64,000 bases of DNA from Vulcanimicrobiota bacterium (GTDB taxonomy: Bacteria; Vulcanimicrobiota; Vulcanimicrobiia; Eremiobacterales; Eremiobacteraceae), in contig CAWDVP010000008.1 in assembly GCA_963805945.1 (NCBI GenBank), positions 1 through 64,000 of the forward strand, read 5' to 3'. The notes below the pieces were generated by a model. That model had not been told where the DNA came from and made no database searches. It saw only the letters and a program-made list of their open reading frames with translations. Below are positions 18,120 to 28,734 of the stretch, piece after piece (the stretch's first letter is position 1; each line of letters begins with the position of its first letter). The translations under genes were made by a program, and so were the position numbers.

Positions 18120-19124
18120 GAGAGGATGACGGAGGGGCCGCACGGATGCAGCGGCTCGATGTCGCCGATCTCGATCGCGCCGCGCATCGCGGCGATCGCC
18201 TTGTCCGCGTCCGCCGGCGCCACGATCGCGCAAAAACCGATGCCCATGTTGAAGGTCCGGAAGGCGACGTCGCGCTCGAGCGCGGCCTCGCGCGCGACGA
18301 GCGCCACGATGTCGGGGACGGCCCAGCGCTGCGGATGCAGGCGCGCGGCGACGCCGGCGGGCAGCGCCCGCGGCAGGTTATCGAGCAGTCCGCCGCCGGT
18401 GATGTGCGCCATCGCCTTCACCGCGACGCCGGCGGCCTGCGCCGCTCGGATCGGCGCCGAGATAGCTCGGATGGACCGCCAGGAGCGCGTCGGCGATCGT
18501 CGCCGCGCCGAGGCGTTCGCTCCAGCGCGCCGCCGGCAACGTGTGCCGCACGAGTGAATACCCGTTCGTGTGGAATCCGTTGGAGGGCAGGCCGATGATG
18601 CGGTCGCCGACCGCGACCCGCGTCACGTCGATGAGCATGTCGCGCTCGACCGCGCCGACGATCGTGCCCGCGAGATCGAAATGCGCGGGCTGATACAACC
18701 CCGGCATCTCCGCAGTCTCGCCACCGAGCAGCGCCATGCCGTTCTCGGCGCACGCCGAGCCGATGCCGCCGACGATCGCCGCCGCCATCGCTGGGTCCAG
18801 CGTCCCGACCGCGAGGTAGTCCAAGAAGAACAACGGGCCTGCGTTGAGGCACAGGATATCATTGATGCAGTGGTTGACGAGGTCGCGGCCGATGGTGTCG
18901 TAGCGCCGCAGCTCGGCGGCGACCAGCAGCTTCGTGCCCACGCCGTCCGTGCTGGCGACGAGCACCGGCTCGCGGAAGCCGCTCAGCGCGAAGCAGCCGC
19001 CGAAACCCCCGATGCCATCGAGCACGCGGGGATCCCTGCGCTTCGGCAGCACGTCCCGGTAACGGGCCACGGCTTCGTTGCCCGCATCGATGTTGACACC
19101 TGCTCGAGCGTATGCGTCGGTCAC
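18116..19124 (-). CDS. purM: AIR synthetase; frameshift near 18450
   Basis: YARAGVNIDAGN, GGFGG, STDGVGTKL, NDILC, GGETAEMPG, HTNGYSLVR, AHITGGGL, RTFNMGIGF. Confidence 0.96.
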
Positions 19125-19263
19125 TGGGCATTCGTTTCGCGTGGAGTCGGCCAGCCCCTATGCGCTGTGTTTCCCAGGGCGCCCCGCAGGCCGCGTCGAA
19201 CGCCAATCCGTTCCGACGCTGATCGCAATCCCCGCCTCTTTATGATGAAAGGCTCGCTTCCGA

Positions 19264-20870
19264 ATGAAAATCCACGCTTCTGCGGAGAGCCCGCTGCGCG
19301 CCACCACCGATGCGCTCGTCGTGCCGGTGTTCTCAGACGGCGACGTCCCCGATGCGGTCGTGAAGATCGACAAACCGCTCGGCGGCATCCTCAAGCAGAT
19401 GTGGCACAGCCACGAGATCCAGGGACGCGTGGACGAACTGCACGTCATCCCGACCGGCGCCAAGTCGCGCGCCAAGCGCATCGTCGTCGTCGGGCTCGGC
19501 CCGGCAGCGAACCGCCGCGCCGCATCCATGTCGCGTCTCGCGGGCGTGGCCGTCCGCGCGGCACAGCGCCGCGGGCTGCGATCGGTGGCGGTGATCATGC
19601 CAGATCTTCCTGGCGTGGACCTGGCCGACGCAGGCGAGCTGTTCGCCGAGGGCGCGCTCATGGCGACCTTCAACGCTTCGCCCTACCGGACGAAGAACGA
19701 GACGCCGAGGACCGAAGTCACCTCGGTCACCCTGATCGCTCCCGACGAAGCGACCGCGCGCGGCCTCAAGGCGGGCTTCGCGCGCGGCAGCGTGCTCGGC
19801 GAAGCGGCCAACGTGACGCGCGAGATGGTCAACCTGCCCTCCAACGACATGACGCCCAGTCACATCGCCGAGCGGGCGACAGAGATCGCCAAGCGCTACA
19901 AGCTCAAGCTGACCGTGCTCGACCGCCCGCAGATGAAGAAACTCGGCATGGGCTCGTTCCTCTCGGTCGCGGCCGGCAGCGACGAACCGCCGAAGATCAT
20001 CGCGCTCGAATATGCGGGTGACAAGTCTTCTAAGGTGACGCTCGGCCTCGTCGGCAAGGGCATCACCTTCGACACCGGCGGCATCTCGCTCAAACCGGCG
20101 CTCGACATGGACGCCATGAAGGGCGATATGGCGGGCGGCGCCACCGTGATCGGCGCGATGGCCGCCATCGCGCAATTGAAGCCGAAGATCAACGTGGTCG
20201 GCATCGTCTGCGCGACCGAAAACATGCCGTCCGGCAAGGCCACCAAACCCGGCGACGTCGTCCGGGCCATGAACGGCAAGACGATCGAGGTCATCAACAC
20301 CGACGCGGAAGGCCGGCTCGTGCTTGCGGACGGGCTGTGCTTCGCGCGCAAGCTCGGCGCGACGCATCTCGTCGACATCGCGACCCTCACGGGCGCGGTC
20401 GTCGTCGCGCTCGGCAACCTCACGACCGGGGTGATGAGCAACGATCGCGAGCTGGTGGACCTCTTCAACACGCCAGCGCGCCGTATGGCGAGCGCTATTG
20501 GGAGCTGCCGCTCTTCCCCGAATACGCGGAGCTGATCAAGAGCCCGATCGCCGACATGAAGAACAGCGGCGGACGCCAGGCGGGCACGATCTTCGGCGCG
20601 ATGTTCCTCAAAGAGTTCGTCGGCGATACGCCCTGGATCCACCTGGATATCGCGGGGACGTCGTGGACGGACCGCGATCAGGGCGCGGTGGTCAAAGGTC
20701 CGACCGCGACCGGTCTGCGCCCCATGGTGCGGCTCGCGGAGATGCTCGAGGACCACGCGGTGCACGGCCGCGCAGATGAAGCGGCGTTCCGGCGCCTCGG
20801 CGCAGACCCGGGCAAGGCGGCGCACCAGGGCAACGGCAAGTCGAGCGGGGTGCGCGGGCGCAAACGCTGA
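19264..20870 (+). CDS. pepA: Leucyl aminopeptidase (M17); frameshift near 20470
   Basis: [58 protein letters not shown]. Confidence 0.95.
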
Positions 20871-20884
20871 CCGTTCTCAGGAAT

Positions 20885-20908
20885 GGAGCGGTCGAATTTA
20901 TTCGACCG
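20885..20908 (+). repeat. REP family B, intergenic after pepA
   Basis: GGAG-CGGTCGAA-TTTA-TTCGACCG. Confidence 0.85.
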
Positions 20909-20978
20909 CTCGCTTGTTAGCCTGAGATTAAGCATTGCTTGGAAACATCTGAGACTCAGCGACCTTTCATAGATCTCT

Positions 20979-20987
20979 TGGTAGTAT
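20979..20987 (+). promoter_or_regulatory. Extended -10 element, leaderless arrangement
   Basis: TG-G-TAGTAT, then 6 nt, then ATG 20994; no SD. Confidence 0.5.
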
Positions 20988-20993
20988 CTGCAC

Positions 20994-23900
20994 ATGGGTT
21001 CTCACCGGTTGGGTAAGGGCGCGGTCTTCGCGAGCGCAATCCTCGCGGCGGCCGCGCTGCTCTTCTCCGCCATCCCGGCCTCGGCCGACGACACCGGCAA
21101 CATCATCATCACGGTGACGGATGCCGCGACGCATGCGCCGCTCGGACTCGCCCGCGTGCTGCTCGACGGCCCCGTCATCACCAACGAGCTGTCCGGCCAG
21201 GACGGCAAGGTCTCGTTCACCGACGTGCCGAGCGGCATCTACCGAGCGCGCGTGGGCAAAAACGGCTATAGCCAGGTGACGTCCGCGCAGTTCGAGGTGC
21301 TCGAGGGGCGGCAGGTGACGGTGACGGTCGAACTCGTCAAGCCCGCGGTCAAGACCATCGGCAGCATCACTGTGCGCTCTTCGGCGACCATCAGCGAGAG
21401 CAGCGTCAACGACAGCACCGCTGTCCGCAAGCTCTCGGACACGCTCGCCGACGCGCTCGGAAAGCTCTCCGGCGTCAGCGTCGCCACCGACCCGAGCGGC
21501 TCGAGCGACAGCCAGGTGACGATCTCGCTCGAGGGCCACGATCCCTCGCAGACGAGCCTCACGCTCGACGGCGTGCCGCTCAACGCGCCGGGAGTGGCCG
21601 GCGATCTCCAGTCCATCAACACCGATCTCTTCAGCGCGGGCTCCGCCAACTTCGGGCCTAACGCGGGCTCGCTCGGCGGCTCCGTCAATTTCACCTCGAT
21701 CCAGCCCACGCTGAGCTGGCAAGGCAAGTTCACCACCTCCGTCGGTTCGTTCGGCAAAGCGGCGACGATCGTGTCCGCGTCCGGCACCGCCGGAGCGGTG
21801 GGCATCGCCTTCACGCACTCGATCCGCGGCGGCGACAACCCGATCACCGGCCTGGAATACCTCGACACGAGCGGTTTGGACTACATCCATAACGGCGCCG
21901 CGCAATCCGGCGGCGACCTCTTCAAGATCCGCACGCCCCTCGGCGCCGATCAGACGCTTTCGGCGACGTACGTCTCGACCAACAACTACAACAACCTGGT
22001 GTGCACGCTGTTCACGGGCCCGCTGCCCTGCGGCTACGGTCCCGGTAACTACAGCGATCGGCATTACTCCCTCGCGACGCTCACCGACACGGCGCTCGCC
22101 GGCATGGTCGCGCTGCAGTTCTCGCTCTTCGGCGGCACGTCGACCTTCAATCGCGACCTGCTCGACCGTTACGTCGCAGGCATCCCCGCACCGTTCGGCA
22201 CGGTGAGCGACAGCCGGACGAGCGGGGCGTCGCTGAACGCGACCCTACCGTCGCGCGAGCGTCACACCATCTCGTTCCAGGCGACGACGACCGATGCCAA
22301 GCTCACGACGATCGGGGTGATCTCGACGAGCTCGCCGTTCTCGAACTCGTCGAGCACGTCGAACTACAGCACGATCTCGATGAGCGACAAGATCCATTCG
22401 AGCAGCACGCTGACGCTCGGCGCCCGCCTCGGTATGAGCTTCTCGCCGCAGACCTCGAACTCGGTGATCGGCGGCGCGAGCGCCGTCTACACTCCGACCG
22501 CGTGGGATTCCGTGACCGGCAGCGTCGATATCGGCGGCGCCGGGGTGGGTCTCTCGCGCATCTTCCCGCTCAGCGATCCCGCGTCGCTGCGCTTCGACTG
22601 CAACGCCGGCAACGGCTACGGCGCGGGGCCGGGCGACTCGCCGGGGCCGACGAGTTCGACCTCGGAGCGGCTGACGTGGCAGCACCGCTTCAAGACGGGT
22701 CAGTTCTCGGCACAGCTCTACAGCCAAGTGCAGAACGACGTGCTGCTAAACACCTACGTCAACGGCTCGGTGCTGCCGCCGGGCTACTTGCCGCCCGGCT
22801 ATCTCGCCGCCGCGCAGCTCGTCTATCAGTCCAGCGGCGGCTGCGGCACCGCGCTGCCGTTCGGGCCGACGAATCTCTACATCAATCAGCCGGTGGCGAA
22901 CGTGCAGCGGCTCTACCAAGGCCTGCAGTTGACGGGCGGTTTCCGCGTCGGCAACGGCTTGGCGGTCGAACCGTACTACGACATCCAGAAAGCCGTCGCC
23001 AACACGAGCGACCCGCGGCTGACCGATCCATATTCGTTCGTGATCTCCGGCGCGCAGAGCGCGGGCGTGCCGCTTCAGCGCGGCGGCCTGACGCTCGACT
23101 ACAAGGCGCCGCACTCGGCGATCGAGTGGCTCGCCAACGGGACCTACGTCTCGGGTAACAACGCGCAGAATCTGCCCGGATATGTCACCGCCGACGCGGG
23201 CGTCGCGATCAACTTCAACAAGGGCACGCTGACCCTGGCGGGGACGAATCTGTTCAACAAGTACGGCTACTACTTCGCCTCGCCGGCCAATGCCGTGCCG
23301 CAGGAGACGGTAGGCGGCGAGCTGGTGCCAACGGTGGCGCGCCCGCTGTCACCGCGACAATACTCAGTCACGTACACCGTGAGGTTCGGCAACGTGCGGC
23401 AGAGCAGCTACACGCCGCCGCTGCTCGCCGATGCCGGCGCAGGGCCGAGCGGAACGCGCGGAGGCGGCGGACCGAATGGGGTTCCGGGCGGCGGGTTCGC
23501 GGCGCTACCGCCTTTGGCGAATACACCGCCGGAGCATCCACTGGATCCGGACACCACGCGCCAAGCCTGCACCGCCGACGCGGCGAAAAGCGTGAAGCCT
23601 TTCCTCGAACAGGTCAAGGCATACGTCGCGGCCGTCGAGGCCGCCAAGGGCGCGGATGGCTACCCTGCGTCTGCTCCCGCCAACGCGCCGGCGGTCGACG
23701 GCGTCAACATCGCCTACCATAAGACGCCGACGTCGTTCGCGCTCGTCTTCACGCCGACGAAGGCGGGTTCGCTCCGCAACTTCCTCGCCTGCGTGTCGCT
23801 GCACCTCGGCACGGCGGACGAGGCGAAGGCGCTCGGCCTGTACGTCCCGCCGACGAGCGCGTTCAGCCGCTTGCCGCTCGTCTACTCGCCGGAAGGCGGG

Positions 23901-24350
23901 CTCTACGTGGTGCGGCAGCCGCAGGTGGCGGGCAGAGAGCAGTTCCGGCTCTACAAACTGCCGACGACGCCGCCAGCGCAGCCGTTTGCGTTGGCATCAG
24001 GCACGTCGTGCACCGATGAGCTGAAACCGGCCGCGCAGACGCTGCTCGGCGCGTTGCAGACGTACTTCACCGGCTTCGATCCGGCGAGCCCGCCTGCGGC
24101 GCCGCCGGCCGGCTGGACCGTCACGACGCACAAGACCGCTGCCGGATACTGGAGCGAGTTGCAGCTCGACGACATCTCGCGCATCCCAGCCGTGCTGAAC
24201 TGCGGTCATGTCGCGACCGGCACGCCGGACGAGGTCAAGGCCGCCAAGCTCGACGGCGCGCGGCCGCCGACGCTGAACTACAGCCCGAAGTTCGGGATCT
24301 ATCTCATCCGACCGGCGGACCAGGGCACGGGCACCCCGCGACCGCAATAG
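20994..24350 (+). CDS. TonB-dependent-receptor-like outer membrane protein with N-terminal carboxypeptidase-regulatory-like domain and ~320-aa C-terminal extension
   Basis: Signal peptide. DGKVSFTDVPSGIYRARVGKNGY. Plug-like TLADALGKLSGV..ISLEG..TSLTLDGVPLN..GSLGGSVNF. Barrel end LPGYVTADAG..TNLFNK..PRQYSVTYTVRFG. Confidence 0.8.
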   Translation: MGSHRLGKGAVFASAILAAAALLFSAIPASADDTGNIIITVTDAATHAPLGLARVLLDGPVITNELSGQDGKVSFTDVPSGIYRARVGKNGYSQVTSAQFEVLEGRQVTVTVELVKPAVKTIGSITVRSSATISESSVNDSTAVRKLSDTLADALGKLSGVSVATDPSGSSDSQVTISLEGHDPSQTSLTLDGVPLNAPGVAGDLQSINTDLFSAGSANFGPNAGSLGGSVNFTSIQPTLSWQGKFTTSVGSFGKAATIVSASGTAGAVGIAFTHSIRGGDNPITGLEYLDTSGLDYIHNGAAQSGGDLFKIRTPLGADQTLSATYVSTNNYNNLVCTLFTGPLPCGYGPGNYSDRHYSLATLTDTALAGMVALQFSLFGGTSTFNRDLLDRYVAGIPAPFGTVSDSRTSGASLNATLPSRERHTISFQATTTDAKLTTIGVISTSSPFSNSSSTSNYSTISMSDKIHSSSTLTLGARLGMSFSPQTSNSVIGGASAVYTPTAWDSVTGSVDIGGAGVGLSRIFPLSDPASLRFDCNAGNGYGAGPGDSPGPTSSTSERLTWQHRFKTGQFSAQLYSQVQNDVLLNTYVNGSVLPPGYLPPGYLAAAQLVYQSSGGCGTALPFGPTNLYINQPVANVQRLYQGLQLTGGFRVGNGLAVEPYYDIQKAVANTSDPRLTDPYSFVISGAQSAGVPLQRGGLTLDYKAPHSAIEWLANGTYVSGNNAQNLPGYVTADAGVAINFNKGTLTLAGTNLFNKYGYYFASPANAVPQETVGGELVPTVARPLSPRQYSVTYTVRFGNVRQSSYTPPLLADAGAGPSGTRGGGGPNGVPGGGFAALPPLANTPPEHPLDPDTTRQACTADAAKSVKPFLEQVKAYVAAVEAAKGADGYPASAPANAPAVDGVNIAYHKTPTSFALVFTPTKAGSLRNFLACVSLHLGTADEAKALGLYVPPTSAFSRLPLVYSPEGGLYVVRQPQVAGREQFRLYKLPTTPPAQPFALASGTSCTDELKPAAQTLLGALQTYFTGFDPASPPAAPPAGWTVTTHKTAAGYWSELQLDDISRIPAVLNCGHVATGTPDEVKAAKLDGARPPTLNYSPKFGIYLIRPADQGTGTPRPQ

Positions 24351-24356
24351 CTGGAG

Positions 24357-25361
24357 CTACCACACGCGCCGACGGAGCGGCCCGGCGGACGCCTCAACGG
24401 GCTCGTCGAGCTGCGCGGTGATCAGATAGCTGCCTGGCCCCTGCCCGCGCACGGTGCGCCGCACGTGCGCCGTGCCGTCGGGCTGCACGTCGGCGGGCAT
24501 GATCGTGACCGTCTGCGGTGATCCCCCTGAAAGCGTCACGACCTCGGGCGTCTGATCGGTCAGCGTGAGGCTGATGGGCGCGGTGAGTTTGGCAAGTCCG
24601 CCGACGGTGAGCGTCACGGTGGCTTCTTCAGCGCCATGGAGCGCGAGATTCGTCGTCGTGAGCTTCACCGTCACGCAGCGCATCCGCCTGCTGGCAGTCA
24701 CGCCGCGATCGACGATCGTGAGTTGCGCCACGCCGCTCACATTGCTGGGCAGGGCGCCGACGAACTGGCGCGGACTTTCGGCGAGCACCTCCACCGGCTG
24801 ACCGCCGAGCGTCGCCGACGTGCTGCCGGCATCGCCGCCGAACGGCCCGAAGATCTGGATCGGCCGCCCTGCTTGCGCGATGTGCGGGAGCAGGTAGTCG
24901 GCTGCGCGCGCTGCGCCGCTGAACGGCGCGCCGGCCCGCGGGGATATCGGCACTGATGTCTGGCCTACGCTTTGACCTGCGGCGGAGCGGAGCACCAGAT
25001 TCGCCGCCGTCACGCCCGCGGGCACGATCCACCTGAAACTGCGATCGCTCGCCTTCACTTGCTGACCGCCGACCTCGACGACCGTGCCATGCAGCTCATC
25101 CGCGTTGCGCCGTTGCTCGTCGCTCGTCGCGCCGGCAGGGACGACGACCACCGTGCCGGTGATCGTGTCGCCGGCAGCCATATCATCTGGCAGGGTGACG
25201 GTGACCGTGCCTTGGGTCGTGCTGAAGACCGCGGCTGCAAGACCGTGGCCGGTATCCAGCGCGGGTGGAGGCGGCGTTCCAGTGACCGCGGCCGACGTCG
25301 CGCCTGCGATACCCACCAGGAGAACGCACAAAAGGGAAGCGCTGATGAATATGCGTTTCAC
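24357..25361 (-). CDS. Hypothetical secreted protein, beta-rich/Ig-like
   Basis: Likely GTG start 25361 giving signal peptide KRIFISASLLCVLLVGIAGA; long open frame. Confidence 0.65.
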   Translation of the reverse strand: MKRIFISASLLCVLLVGIAGATSAAVTGTPPPPALDTGHGLAAAVFSTTQGTVTVTLPDDMAAGDTITGTVVVVPAGATSDEQRRNADELHGTVVEVGGQQVKASDRSFRWIVPAGVTAANLVLRSAAGQSVGQTSVPISPRAGAPFSGAARAADYLLPHIAQAGRPIQIFGPFGGDAGSTSATLGGQPVEVLAESPRQFVGALPSNVSGVAQLTIVDRGVTASRRMRCVTVKLTTTNLALHGAEEATVTLTVGGLAKLTAPISLTLTDQTPEVVTLSGGSPQTVTIMPADVQPDGTAHVRRTVRGQGPGSYLITAQLDEPVEASAGPLRRRVW

Positions 25362-25375
25362 GGTAGCCCCCTTGA

Positions 25376-25399
25376 CGGTCGAACGAATTCGACCGCTAC
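25376..25399 (-). repeat. REP family B overlapping the TPR gene stop codon
   Basis: CGGTCGAA-CGAA-TTCGACCG-CTAC on the + strand. Confidence 0.85.
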
Positions 25400-25899
25400 A
25401 ATTTTTGCGCCTCCGTGAGTTCTTGCGCATAGCGAGCGACGGACCTGTTGTAACGCGGCAGATATTCCGAAAGGGCGGTAAGGGCGACGGCAACGGCTTC
25501 GCGCTCGCGCCCTATATCCACAAGCGCAAGCGCCAAGAAGGCTCGAACCGCGCCATTTAACGCGTCGGTTGCGACCTCTAGCTCGGCCGTTAGCAACGCC
25601 GCCGCTTCTCGAGGCTTTCCGAGATTCCGAAGCGAGCTGGCCATCTGGATGACTGCGCACCGACGACGCTCGCCCACCAAGCCCCCGTCAAGTGCGGCCT
25701 TGTATAGCGGTACCGCGAGATCGGGTTGACCGGTGGAATCGCGCGCTCCGGCACGCTCGAAGAACCCGATAGCGCTTCCCGGCGGCAACTCGGCGGCCAA
25801 AGCGTCGACCAGAGCCACGAACTCTTTCTCGTCGTGGTCGTCGATCGCGCTCCACAGGTCTGAGATCCGCTGCTCCCACGCTGCATCGGCGTCAGTCAC
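25396..25899 (-). CDS. Tetratricopeptide repeat protein
   Basis: FERAGARDSTG..AVPLYKAALDGGL..IQMASSLRNLG..RAFLALAL..PRYNRSV. Confidence 0.85.
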   Translation of the reverse strand: MTDADAAWEQRISDLWSAIDDHDEKEFVALVDALAAELPPGSAIGFFERAGARDSTGQPDLAVPLYKAALDGGLVGERRRCAVIQMASSLRNLGKPREAAALLTAELEVATDALNGAVRAFLALALVDIGREREAVAVALTALSEYLPRYNRSVARYAQELTEAQKL

Positions 25900-25913
25900 A
25901 GATCAGAGGTCCC

Positions 25914-27371
25914 CTAGATCTTCTGCAGCTCTCGCACTCGGCCGGTGAGCTCTTCATGGATGCCCGCGGGATAGCGGCCGGTGAAGCAGCCCATGCAGAA
26001 CTCCTTGCGCTCGCGCGCGGTGGACGCGACGAGGCCCTCTTCGCTCAAGTACGCGAGCGAATCGGCGTTGATGGTCGTCCGGATCTCGGGCACCGAATGG
26101 TTGGCCGCGATGAGCTCTTCGTACGTTGCCGTGTCCACGCCCAGGAAGCACGGATGGCGCATCGGCGGACAGGTGACCCGGACGTGCACCTCCGTCGCGC
26201 CGGCCTTGCGCAGCATGGCGACGATCTGCTTCGTGGTGGTGCCGCGCACGATCGAATCGTCGACGAGCACGACCCGCTTGCCCGCGAGATTGGCGTGCAG
26301 CGGGTTGAACTTCAGCTTGACGCCCTGCACGCGCATGCGGTGATCCGGATTGATGAAGGTGCGCCCGATGTAGCGGTTCTTCATCAAGCCTTCGATGTAC
26401 GGGATGCCGGATTCGTCCGCGTAGCCGATCGCCGCCGCGGTCGCTGAGTCGGGCACGCCCATGACGACGTCGGCTTCGACCGGGCTCTCCTTGGCGACGT
26501 TGCGACCCATCTGATAGCGCGCGAGATACAATTCGCGCCCCGCGACCTGCGAGTCGGGGCGGGAGAAATAGATGTATTCGAAGATGCAGTTCGCCGGCTT
26601 CTCGTCCGTCTTGATCATGCGGCTGCGCATGCCGTCCTTGTCGATGGTGATGATCTCGCCCGGCAGGATCTCGCGGACGTACTCCGCGCCGATGGTCGCA
26701 AGCGCGCAGGATTCCGAGGCCAGCGCCCAACCCGAGCCGTACTTGCCCAGGCACAGCGGGCGGATGCCCCATGGATCGCGGAAGCCGAAGAGCTGTTTCT
26801 CGGTCGCGAGCACGATCGAGAACGCGCCGATGCACTGGCGCATCGCCGCCTCGATGCGCTCTTCCATCGAGCCCTCGGGGGCGTTGGCGATGAGCCGCGC
26901 CATGATGTCCGAGTCCGAGTTGCTCGTGGGCACGAGCGTGTCGTGGAGCTGGTCGCGCAGCTCGTCGGTGTTCACCAGATTGCCGTTGTGCGCAAGCGCG
27001 AACTGCCCGAGGGCGCTGTCCGACAGCAGCGGCTGCGCGTTGTAGATGACCGACGAGCCGCTGGTGGAGTAGCGCGTGTGCCCCACCGACAAGTAGCCCG
27101 GCAGTTCGGCGAGCGTCTCTTCGGTGAAGATCTGGGAGATGAGCCCCATGTCTTTATGACAGCGCATCGTGTAGCCGTCGGAGACCGCGATACCGGCGCT
27201 CTCCTGACCGCGATGCTGGAGCGAGTAGAGCGCGAAGAACGTGGACCGGGCGACGTCTTCGCCGGGTGCGAAGATGCCGCACACGCCGCACGCGTCGCGG
27301 ATCGCGTCGTCGCCGCTCTTGGCCTGCCAGCCGTGGTAGGTCGGGGTGGGAGGCGCGTCGCTCATCGTCAC
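25914..27371 (-). CDS. purF: Amidophosphoribosyltransferase
   Basis: DACGVCGI, LQHRGQESAGI, GHTRYST, AHNGNL, CIFEYIYFSRPDS, VDDSIVRGTT. Confidence 0.98.
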   Translation of the reverse strand: MTMSDAPPTPTYHGWQAKSGDDAIRDACGVCGIFAPGEDVARSTFFALYSLQHRGQESAGIAVSDGYTMRCHKDMGLISQIFTEETLAELPGYLSVGHTRYSTSGSSVIYNAQPLLSDSALGQFALAHNGNLVNTDELRDQLHDTLVPTSNSDSDIMARLIANAPEGSMEERIEAAMRQCIGAFSIVLATEKQLFGFRDPWGIRPLCLGKYGSGWALASESCALATIGAEYVREILPGEIITIDKDGMRSRMIKTDEKPANCIFEYIYFSRPDSQVAGRELYLARYQMGRNVAKESPVEADVVMGVPDSATAAAIGYADESGIPYIEGLMKNRYIGRTFINPDHRMRVQGVKLKFNPLHANLAGKRVVLVDDSIVRGTTTKQIVAMLRKAGATEVHVRVTCPPMRHPCFLGVDTATYEELIAANHSVPEIRTTINADSLAYLSEEGLVASTARERKEFCMGCFTGRYPAGIHEELTGRVRELQKI

Positions 27372-27377
27372 GGCTTC

Positions 27378-27386
27378 ATTTTACCA
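27378..27386 (-). promoter_or_regulatory. Extended -10 element for purF, leaderless arrangement
   Basis: TG-G-TAAAAT, then 6 nt, then GTG 27371. Confidence 0.55.
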
Positions 27387-27403
27387 TAGCTGTGCCGTTG
27401 GTC

Positions 27404-28696
27404 CTATGCCCCGCGCTCGTCCCGGACCCGGTCTGCGATGTCGCCTCGATAGCGCAGCCGCGAGCCCTCCGGCACGCGTGCGACATAGGCGGCACAGGCG
27501 GCGTATGCGCGGCCCCGCGCCTCTCCTATCGTGTCGCCGACCGCGGTGATGGTCAAGACCCGGCCGCCGCTTGCTCGCACCGTCTGGCCGTCGAGCGCCG
27601 ACCCGCCCCAAAAGGCCGCCACGTGGGGCTCCGCGGAGGGCAGCGGCAGCCGGTCCATCGGGTCCGAGTGTTCCGGATAGCGCTCGGAGGTCAGCACGAC
27701 GCCGACGCAGGCCGACTTCGAGAATGTGGGCGCGGGCGCTTTGCCGTCCGCCAGTGCGATCGAATGGAGCAGCTCGAAGAGGTCGGATTCGAGCCGCGGC
27801 AGGACGACCTGGGTCTCCGGATCGCCGAAGCGGGCGTTGAACTCGAGCACGAATGGCCCGCGCTTGGTGATCATCAGGCCTGCGTACAGACAACCCCGGT
27901 AGTCGATGCCGTCGGCCGCCAGGCCGGCGCGCACCGGCTCGATGATGTGCTTGGCGACGCGATTCATGAGGTCGCCGCCGGCGACGTCCGGCGCGGGCGA
28001 GTACGCCCCCATGCCGCCGGTGTTGGCGCCCTCGTCGCCGTCGCGGGCGCGCTTGTAATCGCACGCCGGCGCGAGGACGTACGCGCGCGCGCCGTCGCAC
28101 ACCGCCATGACGGAGACCTCTTTGCCTTCGAGGCGCTCCTCGAGGACGAGCGTGGTGCCGCCGCCTGGCAGCGAGCGTTCGCCATACCAGCGCTCGATGG
28201 TCGGTTTGGCTTCTTCCGCTGAATCAAAGACGACGACGCCCTTGCCGGCGGCAAGGCCGTCGGCTTTGACGACGATGCCGCCTTGCCAGTTGCGCAGGAA
28301 GCGTTCGGCCTGTTTGCGGTCGTGCGCGACCTTGAACGCAGCGGTGGGGATGCCCCAGCGCAGCATGCACTGCTTGGCGAACGCCTTGCTCGACTCGAGC
28401 CGCGCGCCGCTGCGCCCCGGCCCGAACGTCGCGATCCCCGCTTGGCGCAGCGTGTCGGCGACGCCCGCCGCCAATGCCGCTTCCGGCCCGATCACCGCGA
28501 GGTCGACCGCTTCTTCTACGGCACGGTTGGTGATGGCGTGCGTGTCCGTAGCGGAGATGTCGGACCAATTCGTGCCGAGCAGCGCCGTGCCCGCATTGCC
28601 CGGCGCGGCGACGATCGCTTCGACCTGCGGCGACTGCGCCAATTTCCATGCGAGCGCGTGTTCACGCGCTCCTGATCCGACGACGAGTACCTTCAC
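27404..28696 (-). CDS. purD: Phosphoribosylamine--glycine ligase
   Basis: GSGAREHALAW, LESSKAFAK, KADGLAAGKGV, NTGGMGAYSP, EFNARFGDPETQ, GGRVL. Confidence 0.98.
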   Translation of the reverse strand: MKVLVVGSGAREHALAWKLAQSPQVEAIVAAPGNAGTALLGTNWSDISATDTHAITNRAVEEAVDLAVIGPEAALAAGVADTLRQAGIATFGPGRSGARLESSKAFAKQCMLRWGIPTAAFKVAHDRKQAERFLRNWQGGIVVKADGLAAGKGVVVFDSAEEAKPTIERWYGERSLPGGGTTLVLEERLEGKEVSVMAVCDGARAYVLAPACDYKRARDGDEGANTGGMGAYSPAPDVAGGDLMNRVAKHIIEPVRAGLAADGIDYRGCLYAGLMITKRGPFVLEFNARFGDPETQVVLPRLESDLFELLHSIALADGKAPAPTFSKSACVGVVLTSERYPEHSDPMDRLPLPSAEPHVAAFWGGSALDGQTVRASGGRVLTITAVGDTIGEARGRAYAACAAYVARVPEGSRLRYRGDIADRVRDERGA

Positions 28697-28734
28697 GACG
28701 AGGCGTTTATGGCTGCGGCGCGAACTGACCTCTC

